The translations under genes were made by a program, and so were the position numbers. Positions 9,580 through 18,037 of a DNA stretch of 61,650 bases are shown one piece after another. How positions within the stretch are numbered: position 1 is the first letter of the stretch; every line of letters begins with the position of its first letter. This DNA is from a virus (taxonomy: Duplodnaviria; Caudoviricetes): the IMG/VR virus record IMGVR_UViG_3300032324_000012, positions 1-61,650 of that record, one strand, 5' to 3'. Under the pieces are notes generated by a model. It was given only the letters and a program-made list of their open reading frames with translations. It ran no database searches and had not been told where the DNA came from.

Positions 9580-10508
9580 TACACACCGCTCCCGAGGAAC
9601 TGACGACGGGGTACAAAGCGAATTGCGGCCTTCTCGCGGTCTTCACCTGCGGCAAGATCAAACTGTGTGTCATACGCTTCTTTGAGCATTGGGAGCCGTT
9701 GCATCAACTCAGGCACCTTCATGGCGATGTAATAGGCCAAGCCAGCCACCACACACGGCAGGAAACGGAAATTCATGTCGGCTGTCTCTACACCAGCCCC
9801 CGCGTCTTGAATGCGGCGTAGGCGGTAATACACGAGCGTGTACTGTTGCGAGTTATCAGGTGTAAGCCACAGCGTCACGGCTGGTACGTTGGGGTTGTAT
9901 ACAGTTGCGCCCGTAGTGTGCGCCGCTGGCGTTGTATTCTGTTGACCACGGAAACAGTTGTATAGGGTATTCCCTGTGATGTATCCGTAGTTGATAATCT
10001 CGTTGTCCAGCTTGATGAAGCCAGTTCCTGCTAGATTCGACGCGTCTGCCACTGTAATTGTTGTGGCTGTGGACGTAATCGTACCAACTAAAGTTGTTCC
10101 AACAGGGGCTGTCTCACCGCTCATGCGTTGAACCCAAATCTGGATTGGACGTCCCGGCGCTAACTTGTTAGGGATAGTCGCGTACGTGGATACACTGATA
10201 CGTGTGATAGTAAGGTCGGCCTGTGTAGACGCTGTGTTGCCACCCGTACGAATAACATGCTCTAACAAGTCAATGGTGTCATTAGGCAGGGCGTATGTGT
10301 TTTGACCCGGTACGAGAGGAATAGTCCCTTCCTCAATCGTCCACATGTTGATACCACGGTTTTGCCACTCAATGGTCATCAAGTTCATGGAACGACGCGC
10401 AGTGCGTAGGTCATAGCCAGAACGCATCTCGCGGCCCGCACGCTCCCATGCTTCCTCGGCAATTTCCGTGAAGTCAAGATTAAAGAAGGTCGAGCCAGTA
10501 GTGGTCAT
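9579..10508 (-). CDS. Putative head-tail adaptor/tail tubular protein with inserted beta domain
   Basis: EEAWERAG...ARRSMNL...WQNRGIN N-part and FRFLPCVVAGLAYYIA C-part flank a T-rich insert (IKLDNEII.Y...RGQQNT). Confidence 0.6.
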   Translation of the reverse strand: MTTTGSTFFNLDFTEIAEEAWERAGREMRSGYDLRTARRSMNLMTIEWQNRGINMWTIEEGTIPLVPGQNTYALPNDTIDLLEHVIRTGGNTASTQADLTITRISVSTYATIPNKLAPGRPIQIWVQRMSGETAPVGTTLVGTITSTATTITVADASNLAGTGFIKLDNEIINYGYITGNTLYNCFRGQQNTTPAAHTTGATVYNPNVPAVTLWLTPDNSQQYTLVYYRLRRIQDAGAGVETADMNFRFLPCVVAGLAYYIAMKVPELMQRLPMLKEAYDTQFDLAAGEDREKAAIRFVPRRQFLGSGV

Positions 10509-10738
10509 CTAAATCCTGCCGTTTTCTTTGCTATTGCTTTGGGTTGCGCTACGAATTGTTTTCCGGCTTTTTTGCCAGCGCGTTTCGCACGTGTTGTCGC
10601 AGCATACTCACTTGCACTGAGACTTTTAATTGCAGCAGAAGGAAGGTATCTTTCACCTGTTTCAGAAGATTTTTTACCACTTTTGGTTCTCCATTTTTGG
10701 TCACCCCAATCCTTCAATGATTTTTGAGGTGCTTTCAA
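10505..10738 (-). CDS. Small basic protein
   Basis: 77 aa, very K/R-rich (SLKDWGDQKWRTKSGK...ERYLP). Confidence 0.7.
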   Translation of the reverse strand: MKAPQKSLKDWGDQKWRTKSGKKSSETGERYLPSAAIKSLSASEYAATTRAKRAGKKAGKQFVAQPKAIAKKTAGFR

Positions 10739-11010
10739 TCTCGGTACCCCCCGCCAGCCGCCTTGTACTTCTTGGCAACTAACTGAGCTTTACGGGCTGA
10801 CCACTGACCTGCGCCGGTGCCTTGCGTTGCTGCGGCTTTTACTTGGGACACAATCCTCTTACGAAGACTAGGCTTTGTGTAATTGCCCGCAGCGTTTACC
10901 TTACCGCCTTCTTTGTACTGCGTAAAGTCAGTATCGTCCCGCCGGGCTTTTTTAACACCCTTGGGCATCTTGTTTGGGGATATGGCCCCCATGCCACGGC
11001 TGGCGATCAT
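10735..11010 (-). CDS. Small basic protein
   Basis: 91 aa; YKEGG, NYTKPSLRKRI, WSARKAQL; ATGA overlap with next gene. Confidence 0.7.
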   Translation of the reverse strand: MIASRGMGAISPNKMPKGVKKARRDDTDFTQYKEGGKVNAAGNYTKPSLRKRIVSQVKAAATQGTGAGQWSARKAQLVAKKYKAAGGGYRD

Positions 11011-11013
11011 GAT

Positions 11014-11286
11014 TTAGCACATCTTTCCACGTGTTTTACCACGCTTTGCGATGCCGTCTGCACGAGTAACGCCACCTGAAGAGAACTTACGTGGGGCGGA
11101 CTTACCATCAATATCTTGAGGTACGGGCATGCCTTCACGAAACACTGTGTCTTTTGGGGGCGCAGGTTTTTTTGGCGTAGGCTTTTTTGGCATAGGCTTT
11201 TTAGCCGATGGGACACCTTCTGGATCAGTCGGTGGTTTACCCATTTCGGCAGTGTAAATACCGCCATCGTTAAAACGTTTTTTCAT
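11014..11286 (-). CDS. Small basic protein
   Basis: 90 aa; FNDGG, FSSGG, RADGIAKRGKTRG. Confidence 0.65.
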   Translation of the reverse strand: MKKRFNDGGIYTAEMGKPPTDPEGVPSAKKPMPKKPTPKKPAPPKDTVFREGMPVPQDIDGKSAPRKFSSGGVTRADGIAKRGKTRGKMC

Positions 11287-11294
11287 GGTGTCCC

Positions 11295-11786
11295 TTAGCA
11301 GGCCATGCCGCCTTTAGTCATCTTAACCATTGTGCCTTTGGTTTTGCCTTTTGTAGCAACACCGTCAGCGCGTTTAGAGGCGGAACCACCAGCAGACATT
11401 TTAGTCATACCACCAGAAGCCAACTTAGTCATAGGCTGACCTTTGTGCAAACGACCTTCGTGTTTGTTCACGGCCTTCTGCATCATGCCCTTGTCCATTT
11501 TGACGTCTGCGTGGGCCATGCCGCCCTTGGCCATTTTACCTTTGCCGTCAGCAGCAAAAGAAGGAACCATTTTGTCGCCCTTTTTGACCATAGTCATACC
11601 ACCGTCGGCGTATCCGCCCATCTTCATCTTTTTCATATCGCCACCTTTAGAAAATTTACGGCCTTTATCGGCCTCGTTAAACTCTTTACCCACAGACTGT
11701 GGGACGCCTGCTTTCTTAGCAAACGATGGGTTGTTAGCCACCGCCGCCATGAAATTGTGTTGCTTCTTACTCGTCGACGGCATCAT
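11295..11786 (-). CDS. Basic Met/Lys/Gly-rich protein with repeated xxxGG motifs
   Basis: MPSTSKKQHNFMAAVA start; FSKGG, MKMGG, YADGG, MAKGG, LASGG, MSAGG, MTKGG. Confidence 0.7.
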   Translation of the reverse strand: MMPSTSKKQHNFMAAVANNPSFAKKAGVPQSVGKEFNEADKGRKFSKGGDMKKMKMGGYADGGMTMVKKGDKMVPSFAADGKGKMAKGGMAHADVKMDKGMMQKAVNKHEGRLHKGQPMTKLASGGMTKMSAGGSASKRADGVATKGKTKGTMVKMTKGGMAC

Positions 11787-11961
11787 TTGCCTTAGTACGA
11801 TTGGTCATTTCACGAACAGTATCAGACTCCCAAATACGAAGCCCAAGATAAATAATCGTGAACAGAGAAGCCAGAGGTGGAAGCCACGTGGCCATAACGC
11901 CAACAGTTGTTAAGACCGCTGCGCCGTCTGCGACTGCTTTGGCTGTGTCATGTTGAGTCAT
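11767..11961 (-). CDS. Small membrane protein
   Basis: Likely start MTQHDTAK at 11961; hydrophobic AVLTTVGVMATWLPPLASLFTIIYLGL. Confidence 0.6.
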   Translation of the reverse strand: MTQHDTAKAVADGAAVLTTVGVMATWLPPLASLFTIIYLGLRIWESDTVREMTNRTKANDAVDE

Positions 11962-11962
11962 A

Positions 11963-12217
11963 TCAGCATTTCCATCTTGCAAGAGCAGCCGCCTTACGGG
12001 TGGGCTTACCCTTCTCGTCTTTCATGGGGCCGGGCATGCCCGACATGCGTGCGCAGAACGAATCCTTGCGCTTACCGCCTTGGGGTTGTGGAGCCTTAAG
12101 GTTACTACCCGTAGCAGCGTTGTACTTGGCTCGGCCTTTGGCAGTCAAACCCGCACCCTTGGATACAGGTAATTTTTCGCCACGACCGACAGCAAGGGAT
12201 GGGGTTTTCTTAGCCAT
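11963..12217 (-). CDS. Small basic protein
   Basis: GLTAKGRAKYNAATGSNLKAP...SFCARM...WKC. Confidence 0.7.
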   Translation of the reverse strand: MAKKTPSLAVGRGEKLPVSKGAGLTAKGRAKYNAATGSNLKAPQPQGGKRKDSFCARMSGMPGPMKDEKGKPTRKAAALARWKC

Positions 12218-12716
12218 AATAAATATTGGCAGAAGTTATGTTGGACATGCTTAAATAGATACCGTTTCTAACCAGTATTCCCTCTCCGGGAATCAACGCA
12301 AAATTACCAAACAAATCACCCGCACCAATGTCATAACTAGCAAGCCAGAGTTGTGCGTATGCAGCATTTGTTCCAGCAACAATGGTTCCAGAGTTAATAT
12401 CTGTAACTGTGAAAGTGTTTGCGCCAGTGCGTGTAATTGTGTAGTTACCGTTTGTACCAGATGTTCCGCTTGCTGTTGCAAACGTAAGCCCAACTACATC
12501 TCCAGTAGCCAGCCCGTGTGCGCTCTTGGTAACAGTGATAAGAGTACCCGCCCGCTCGTATGTAGCGGCTACAGGTGCTGTAGTTGTGTCAAAAACGTCC
12601 AGTGTTCCAGCGTTAGCTGAACCAACTATAGAAAGAGCCTTGAGCCTATTGCGCCCCAAAATAACAAAACCTGAGTTGTTAAGGTGGCCCGATTTAACGT
12701 CATATTGCATTGCCAT
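12210..12716 (-). CDS. Virion structural protein
   Basis: Likely start MAMQYDVKS with aaggag RBS; TVT..HGLATGD.V beta-repeat. Confidence 0.65.
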   Translation of the reverse strand: MAMQYDVKSGHLNNSGFVILGRNRLKALSIVGSANAGTLDVFDTTTAPVAATYERAGTLITVTKSAHGLATGDVVGLTFATASGTSGTNGNYTITRTGANTFTVTDINSGTIVAGTNAAYAQLWLASYDIGAGDLFGNFALIPGEGILVRNGIYLSMSNITSANIYYG

Positions 12717-12730
12717 AATCAATCTCCTTT

Positions 12731-12750
12731 AAAAAAGGGGCCGAAGCCCC
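12731..12750 (-). terminator. Rho-independent terminator
   Basis: Minus strand GGGGC-TTCG-GCCCC-TTTTTT directly after the 12759-13298 gene. Confidence 0.8.
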
Positions 12751-12758
12751 GAGGTTGA

Positions 12759-13298
12759 TTAAGAATCTGCAAATGGTGTAGCGACAACACCAGAACCGTT
12801 AAGCAGGCCGTTAACCATGTATTTGTTAGCTGCAATTGCAACGATCTGAATCCATGTACCTGCCACGCCGCCAGTTGTTGTACCGTTCAAGTTAATGAAG
12901 TCGTTGGTAGAAGCGGCGGTGAAGCCAACCACAGCGCCAGAAGAGTCAGTATCAACAGAGATCAAAGAACCAACAAATTTGTCAGTGCCGTCTGTACCAA
13001 TCTTTAACGAACTTGTAGAGATGGTTGTAGGAACCCAAATTGTGTAAACCACACCTTCGTTATTGATTGTGTTGGGGTCTTGGCCGGGGCCAGATGTAAC
13101 GGGATTAGTTGAAACATTGATTGCGGGTAATGTCAATGTCAATGCCGCTGCCAAAGAACCACCAACAGCAATGATGCGACCGCCATGAGCTTCGGGAGTT
13201 AATGTGGTGCTTGTTGTGATGTCAACAACAGTAGCTGGGCCTTGTTGATAAATGCCACCCAATGAACGAACTGGGCCTTGAAACGTAGTGCGTGCCAT
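12759..13298 (-). CDS. Capsid-associated/decoration protein
   Basis: MARTTFQGPVRS start, beta-rich; in the head module with its own promoter and terminator. Confidence 0.65.
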   Translation of the reverse strand: MARTTFQGPVRSLGGIYQQGPATVVDITTSTTLTPEAHGGRIIAVGGSLAAALTLTLPAINVSTNPVTSGPGQDPNTINNEGVVYTIWVPTTISTSSLKIGTDGTDKFVGSLISVDTDSSGAVVGFTAASTNDFINLNGTTTGGVAGTWIQIVAIAANKYMVNGLLNGSGVVATPFADS

Positions 13299-13304
13299 GA
13301 TTTT

Positions 13305-13382
13305 TCCTTACATGCAAGTTGGGGTGTTCTGTCTGCATGTCGTCAGCCGGGACTGTCAGAACACCGGATAAGCCCGGATTAC
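13305..13382 (-). ncRNA. Candidate structured RNA, possibly Mu-gpT-DE-like (capsid-downstream element)
   Basis: Interleaved complementary pairs: 13323-31/13357-65 (9 bp), 13310-16/13334-40 (7 bp), 13347-51/13373-77 (5 bp); 5' leader of the 179-aa gene; family name is an unverified inference. Confidence 0.45.
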
Positions 13383-13386
13383 TGTG

Positions 13387-13415
13387 TTTATAACACGGTA
13401 TTTTTAGGCGTGCAA
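13387..13415 (-). promoter_or_regulatory. Sigma70-like promoter
   Basis: TTGCAC-17 bp-TATAAA on the minus strand, with TG extended -10. Confidence 0.6.
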
Positions 13416-13455
13416 CATTTATTTTGTTGTCACAATTTGTTGGCATCATCAAAAC

Positions 13456-13896
13456 ATGAACTATAGCATTGTCCACGCCGATATTGAGTTACCAGAAATA
13501 GTAGACCTGTTGACTTTGCTTCAAAAAACGTGCCTTCCCCACGACAAAATTTACCCGCTTACAAAAGGATATTGGTATGTTGTTTTTTCAGAAACCGGTG
13601 AAGCGGTTGGCTTCGGTGGCATTGTCCCCTCTGTTCGTTGGTCTGACACTATGTACTTATGTCGCGCAGGCGTTATACCAACTCATCAAGGACAGGGACT
13701 CCAGAAGCGGCTTATCCGACAGCGCCTTAAAGTGGCCAAAAGACTAGGCATGAACTGGGTCATCACTGACACCAACGAAAACCCGGCCTCCGCTAACAGT
13801 TTGATAGCTGCGGGTTTCAAAATGTTTGAGCCATCTCAACCTTGGGGTTTTAAAACAGCGCTGTACTGGCGGTATCGGATCAAACATGCCGTATAA
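13456..13896 (+). CDS. GNAT-family N-acetyltransferase
   Basis: Acetyl-CoA motif A V.PTHQGQGLQKRLI and N.AS..L.AAGF; opposite strand to the surrounding late genes. Confidence 0.8.
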   Translation: MNYSIVHADIELPEIVDLLTLLQKTCLPHDKIYPLTKGYWYVVFSETGEAVGFGGIVPSVRWSDTMYLCRAGVIPTHQGQGLQKRLIRQRLKVAKRLGMNWVITDTNENPASANSLIAAGFKMFEPSQPWGFKTALYWRYRIKHAV

Positions 13897-14266
13897 AGAC
13901 CCAAAAGTTAAGCAAACTAAACAAAAAACGTACGCAAATACGTACTATGAAAAAAATAAAGACGCTGTAATTGCGGCAAGTAGAGCTTCCGCCAAAGAGT
14001 ATAAAGATAAATGGCGTAGCTTTAAAGCTACATTATTTTGCGTCAAATGTAAACAAGATCACCCAGCCACGTTTGATTTTCACCACGTAGACAGCACCAC
14101 AAAAGAAGCGTCGGTCAACAAACTAATTAAGAACCGCGCTTTCAAACGTGCTATGGATGAAGTCAAGAAGTGCATTGTGCTTTGTGCCAACTGTCACCGC
14201 ATACACCATCACAATGAACGTATGGCTAAAAAAGCCAAAAAGAAAAAAGGGGCCGAAGCCCCCTAG
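13886..14266 (+). CDS. HNH-type endonuclease-like protein
   Basis: Likely start MPYKDP at 13886; CVKC...FDFHH...KC.VLCANCHRIHH. Confidence 0.75.
   Translation: MPYKDPKVKQTKQKTYANTYYEKNKDAVIAASRASAKEYKDKWRSFKATLFCVKCKQDHPATFDFHHVDSTTKEASVNKLIKNRAFKRAMDEVKKCIVLCANCHRIHHHNERMAKKAKKKKGAEAP
14243..14262 (-). terminator. Rho-independent terminator (identical 20-mer to 12731-12750)
   Basis: aaaaaaggggccgaagcccc, just after the 77-aa acidic ORF. Confidence 0.75.
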
Positions 14267-14268
14267 TA

Positions 14269-14502
14269 TCATTTGTTGTCAGCAGCTTCTGCGGCGGCTT
14301 CAACTTCAGCGCCGTCTAACTCTTCTTCAGTATCGTCGTCTTCAAACTCGTCGTCATCAGGCAAAGCTACGTACTCAACAGCCCAACCGTAATTTTCCTG
14401 AAATTGCACAAATTCTTGAAAAATTTGAATCATGTCAAAGTCGTTTGTCTCAATAGACAATTTATTGTTGCCAAAAAAACCAAATTCCATTTCAAATTTC
14501 AT
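14269..14502 (-). CDS. Small highly acidic protein
   Basis: 77 aa with D/E-rich C-terminus (DDDEFEDDDTEEELD); agggg RBS; own terminator. Confidence 0.65.
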   Translation of the reverse strand: MKFEMEFGFFGNNKLSIETNDFDMIQIFQEFVQFQENYGWAVEYVALPDDDEFEDDDTEEELDGAEVEAAAEAADNK

Positions 14503-14568
14503 GATATGCCCCTGTGTTTATGCAACCACATTGGCTGCAAATTGATCGTAGTTTAACTTTGTGACAAG

Positions 14569-14592
14569 AAAAAGGCCACCCGAAGGTGGCCT
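14569..14592 (-). terminator. Rho-independent terminator after major capsid gene
   Basis: Minus strand AGGCCACC-TTCG-GGTGGCCT-TTTT. Confidence 0.8.
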
Positions 14593-14619
14593 CAAACTTA
14601 CCCTTGTGGGGCTGTTTTA

Positions 14620-15528
14620 TTAAGCACCGGGCGAACCGAAGATGCCCAAAGGATCAGAAACGCCGAAGCTATAACGCTCGCGAGACTTGTAACGGGCATT
14701 GCCTGTATCGAAGTCAGCGTCCATGCTGTTCTGCAATGGAGTACGAACGAAGTGCTTCAAGCCGTTAGGCACGTCAGTCATCAAGAACCAAGCGTTGGTG
14801 TCTGTCAAGTAGTGGTTAATTGCGTAACCACCAGCGATAGAACCGTTGTTCTTCAATGCGTTGATGTCGTTGTCAGCAGTGCCAACACGCAGTTCAGTTT
14901 CCAACAAGCGGGTTGCAACGAATTGCAAGCTTGGGGGAACAATCAACTTAGTGGGCTTGGCTGCGATCAACAAACCGCGCTCGTCTGTCCAACCAGCGAT
15001 CTGAATAACGGCGGCTTCCAAAGAAGTCTCGTTCAAATCGGCAGCGACTGTAGGACGATTGCTGTTAACACCACCAGAAACCAAGGGGTGGGATGTAGAG
15101 CAAAGAACTTGACCGTCACCATAAGTGGGGCCGCCAGTAAAGGCAGTGTTCAAGATTGCAGCAGCTTTAACTTGCTTAGTATAAGCCATAGCGCGGGCCA
15201 AAGCCTTTGTATAGCGGGCGGACAAAGAGTCATACAAGTTATCTTCGATAGCTTCTTCAGTCAAGCTGAAGCCCATCGCGATAGTCTCGTGTGTGTAACG
15301 AGCCGTGAATGCTTCTTGTGCATTGTCATAAGCGATGGCAGAGCCCTCGTTCTTAACAGGAGCAGCAGAGAAGCCAGACAGCTTGGTCTCTTCTTCGAAT
15401 GAACGCTCAGAAGTCTCGGATTCGAAGATTTCTTTATGCTCTTCGCCGTATTTCTTGTATTCCAAACCGAACAATGCGTTCAGGCCGGGGAGCAGTTCTT
15501 TAAGTAGTTGTGCGCGTGAAATAGCCAT
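14620..15528 (-). CDS. Major capsid protein (Mu gpT-like)
   Basis: MAISRAQLLKELLPGLNALFG...KLIVPPSL...RERYSFGVSDPLG; size, strong RBS, terminator and position after the scaffold. Confidence 0.85.
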   Translation of the reverse strand: MAISRAQLLKELLPGLNALFGLEYKKYGEEHKEIFESETSERSFEEETKLSGFSAAPVKNEGSAIAYDNAQEAFTARYTHETIAMGFSLTEEAIEDNLYDSLSARYTKALARAMAYTKQVKAAAILNTAFTGGPTYGDGQVLCSTSHPLVSGGVNSNRPTVAADLNETSLEAAVIQIAGWTDERGLLIAAKPTKLIVPPSLQFVATRLLETELRVGTADNDINALKNNGSIAGGYAINHYLTDTNAWFLMTDVPNGLKHFVRTPLQNSMDADFDTGNARYKSRERYSFGVSDPLGIFGSPGA

Positions 15529-15540
15529 GGTTTATGCTCC

Positions 15541-16149
15541 TTATACGCCAGTAGAGTTGTTGTACTGGTGCATAGTTGCGTTAATCTTGACGATAAACTC
15601 AACAAATGTATCAGCGCCTGTTGCTGTCTCGCGGACCACATCAATGATACGGATAGGCAACGTATTGGTCGTATCTTGCGTACCTTGATCAATCGCTACA
15701 GCGGAGTTACCAGTGATGGTAGAGCCAGCGTTTTGAATCAGAGCAATGTTATTACCAATAGCAGAAATGCCCATTCCAGTCACAGTTGTGCCTGAAGAAC
15801 AAGAAACTACTTGGAACAGCGTATCAGGATCATCAGCGACTACTGCGAAGATTTTAGTCCCCGAAGCAATTGCTTGACTGGCTGGATAGTACTGTTGTTG
15901 CTGGAGTTGACCAGTTGACTGATTAAAAAACTGAACGCCTAAGAAAATACCGCAAGGCGTGGCAGTTGTTGTGCCAGTGTCCTTTTCAATAGTTCCATCA
16001 GCAATACGTTTTACCAAGTCACCATAAAAAATGCTAGTGTTGTAACCACTTGCAATTTGCATCAGGCGGGTTGCGCCTGCAAATACCTGTCCACCAATCA
16101 GGTTTACAGGCTTTAGCCCGTATGGGGCGTCGACCGTGGGATAAGCCAT
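15541..16149 (-). CDS. Capsid-associated (stabilising/decoration) protein
   Basis: DAPYGLKPV...IFYGDLV...DDPD; directly upstream of the MCP. Confidence 0.6.
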   Translation of the reverse strand: MAYPTVDAPYGLKPVNLIGGQVFAGATRLMQIASGYNTSIFYGDLVKRIADGTIEKDTGTTTATPCGIFLGVQFFNQSTGQLQQQQYYPASQAIASGTKIFAVVADDPDTLFQVVSCSSGTTVTGMGISAIGNNIALIQNAGSTITGNSAVAIDQGTQDTTNTLPIRIIDVVRETATGADTFVEFIVKINATMHQYNNSTGV

Positions 16150-16166
16150 ATTAAGCTCCTATAAAA

Positions 16167-16616
16167 TTAAGTACCTTTGCCAAAAGTCACCTTCGTTGTT
16201 CGCTCATTGAAAAGCGGCATACGAGGATCGTTTTCGCGCATGAGATTGTGGTCTACCGAGCGCATCTGAGACACAGCTTGATCTTGAAAGAACCCGTTGC
16301 GATCTTCTACCATCTCGGAAGGGGTTTTGCAAAGCATCAAACCACCGATAACGACGTTGTCTTTGAAGCGATCATTCTCGACTCCAGCAACAAAAATCTC
16401 GGGGTGATCAACTGCCTTAACGGGCTCCCAGCCCTCGCGGAGTTTTAGGGACACATTCATAGCATCTAACTCGCCACGTGTGCTGATTCGAACCCAATGA
16501 AAGTCATAGCCCGCCTCTGGATTAGGAGTGGGTAACGTATCTGGACGAATCCAATTACGCTTACGAGCCGTTTGTTCACGAGTTTCCAGTTCACGATTTA
16601 GTCTGTTCTCAGCCAT
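16167..16616 (-). CDS. Head-module protein
   Basis: 149 aa; GYDFHWVR...REGWEPV...GGLMLCK; between scaffold and capsid genes. Confidence 0.65.
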   Translation of the reverse strand: MAENRLNRELETREQTARKRNWIRPDTLPTPNPEAGYDFHWVRISTRGELDAMNVSLKLREGWEPVKAVDHPEIFVAGVENDRFKDNVVIGGLMLCKTPSEMVEDRNGFFQDQAVSQMRSVDHNLMRENDPRMPLFNERTTKVTFGKGT

Positions 16617-17649
16617 TTTGTTTCCTTATTTCCAATGCAACCTGTTTGGCGTAGTCTTCTAAAGACACTCCGAGTTTTTTTGCTAATGCAACCTGCGTGC
16701 GTGTCAGCGTAATCTTTTTAGGGGCGACGCTTCGTGTAGCCGGTGCAACAACATTCGCCTTACGGCGAGGCTCTTCAGTCTCTAGGTCGTTGTTCTCGTC
16801 AGTAAACTGTTCTGGGAACAACTGTCGCATACGAGAGTTGATCTTCTCGTAGTAATCGTCAGATTGCGGGTTGACGCCCTGTTTGACAAGTTTTTGGTGC
16901 AACCCCAGCGCAAAACTTGTCATCTCATCGTCTTCTCCAAACCACTTATTCTTGGATTGCCAAGCTGTAGCCCGAGTGTCAACAGACGGTTCTGGGGTGT
17001 TGTAAGTAGTTTGTACATCAGAATCATCCTCCTGTAAAGGGGGTATCGTGATGTTTTTTACGCGATCTGCTTTTAGCGTAGCGTTTGTAAGTGCTTCTTG
17101 CGCTTCTACAAGGGCTTTCGAGTCCCCTGCTTCGTACGCACGTCGGTACTTACCCTTTGCATTAAGAAGTTCTTGGTCAACCTGTTTCTTGGCCTGTTCA
17201 AGCAAAACTTCTTGGTTTTTATTGACCGTACCTTTAAGCTGTTTGTTTTCCGCAACAAGCTGCTGGGCATACCGCAGTGCCTCTTGACGTTCACGTTCCG
17301 CAGACTCAGCGGCGCGGCGTTGGTCATGGAAACCTTTGCTGAAGTGTTGCAGTCGTTTCTTGACGCGTTCGGAGTATTGCTCCATCTCGTCGTCGGTCAA
17401 CTCCATAGGAGCCTTGGACTTTTGCTTGCCCCGATCATCTTCATCACGATCGTCAACCACTTCAATGTCTAAGTCAGACTCTTCCTTCTCAGCCTTTGCA
17501 GGCTTTGCTGGCTTGTCTTCCTTCAAAGGGTCTGATCGACCCTCGATGGTAATTTCAAAATCACCATTGGCTTTTTCCTTTACGCCCTTGTCAGCGGCTT
17601 CCGCTTTGTCGGGATCGGGGAACTCAAACTGTACTTGTTGAAACGCCAT
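16609..17649 (-). CDS. Putative capsid scaffolding protein
   Basis: Acidic N-terminus, long coiled coil, C-terminal LTRTQVALAKKLGVSLEDYAK. Confidence 0.7.
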   Translation of the reverse strand: MAFQQVQFEFPDPDKAEAADKGVKEKANGDFEITIEGRSDPLKEDKPAKPAKAEKEESDLDIEVVDDRDEDDRGKQKSKAPMELTDDEMEQYSERVKKRLQHFSKGFHDQRRAAESAERERQEALRYAQQLVAENKQLKGTVNKNQEVLLEQAKKQVDQELLNAKGKYRRAYEAGDSKALVEAQEALTNATLKADRVKNITIPPLQEDDSDVQTTYNTPEPSVDTRATAWQSKNKWFGEDDEMTSFALGLHQKLVKQGVNPQSDDYYEKINSRMRQLFPEQFTDENNDLETEEPRRKANVVAPATRSVAPKKITLTRTQVALAKKLGVSLEDYAKQVALEIRKQNG

Positions 17650-17659
17650 AGTTCATTCC

Positions 17660-18037
17660 TTATGCACGCGTTACGCCACGCGGATCGGCAACAACGGCAT
17701 CAATTGAGTCGTCGTTCATAAGACGATATTCGACACCATTTACTCGGACACGGGTGCCAGAGTTAGCACGGAACACCACGTAATCGCCAACTTGACACCA
17801 TGGCCCATCTGGGTAACGGTCTTTGTCGGAGTACGCTTGTGCTCCCATATCGAGTACCAAACCAGTCACAGTCATGAGCATTTCTTCATTAATTGTTTTC
17901 TGGGCCTTGATGATTCCCATATCACCGATTGTTTCCTCAATTTGAGGTAGGGCTATAAGCAGCTTGTAGCCGACGGGTTTTGGAAGTTGTAATTCCAATT
18001 CGTCATCGGTAACAGCGGTTTGAACTTCAATTGTCAT
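17660..18037 (-). CDS. groES: GroES-like co-chaperonin
   Basis: Likely start 18037; PVGYKLLI...GII...VLDMG...VGDYVVF...GTRVRVNGVEYRLMNDDSIDAVV matches the Cpn10 pattern. Confidence 0.8.
   Translation of the reverse strand: MTIEVQTAVTDDELELQLPKPVGYKLLIALPQIEETIGDMGIIKAQKTINEEMLMTVTGLVLDMGAQAYSDKDRYPDGPWCQVGDYVVFRANSGTRVRVNGVEYRLMNDDSIDAVVADPRGVTRA

Noticed and set aside
13305-13350. Hammerhead ribozyme (CUGACGA core followed by a stem)
   Set aside because: The required GAAA does not follow the stem directly (UAAG instead) and I could not build stem III; kept only as a structured RNA candidate.
13427-14566. Pho boxes: TTGTCAC 10 bp before a weak -10 at 13427 (+) and ~14566 (-)
   Set aside because: Only one half-site each; the second repeat 11 bp upstream is missing and the -10 elements are weak.
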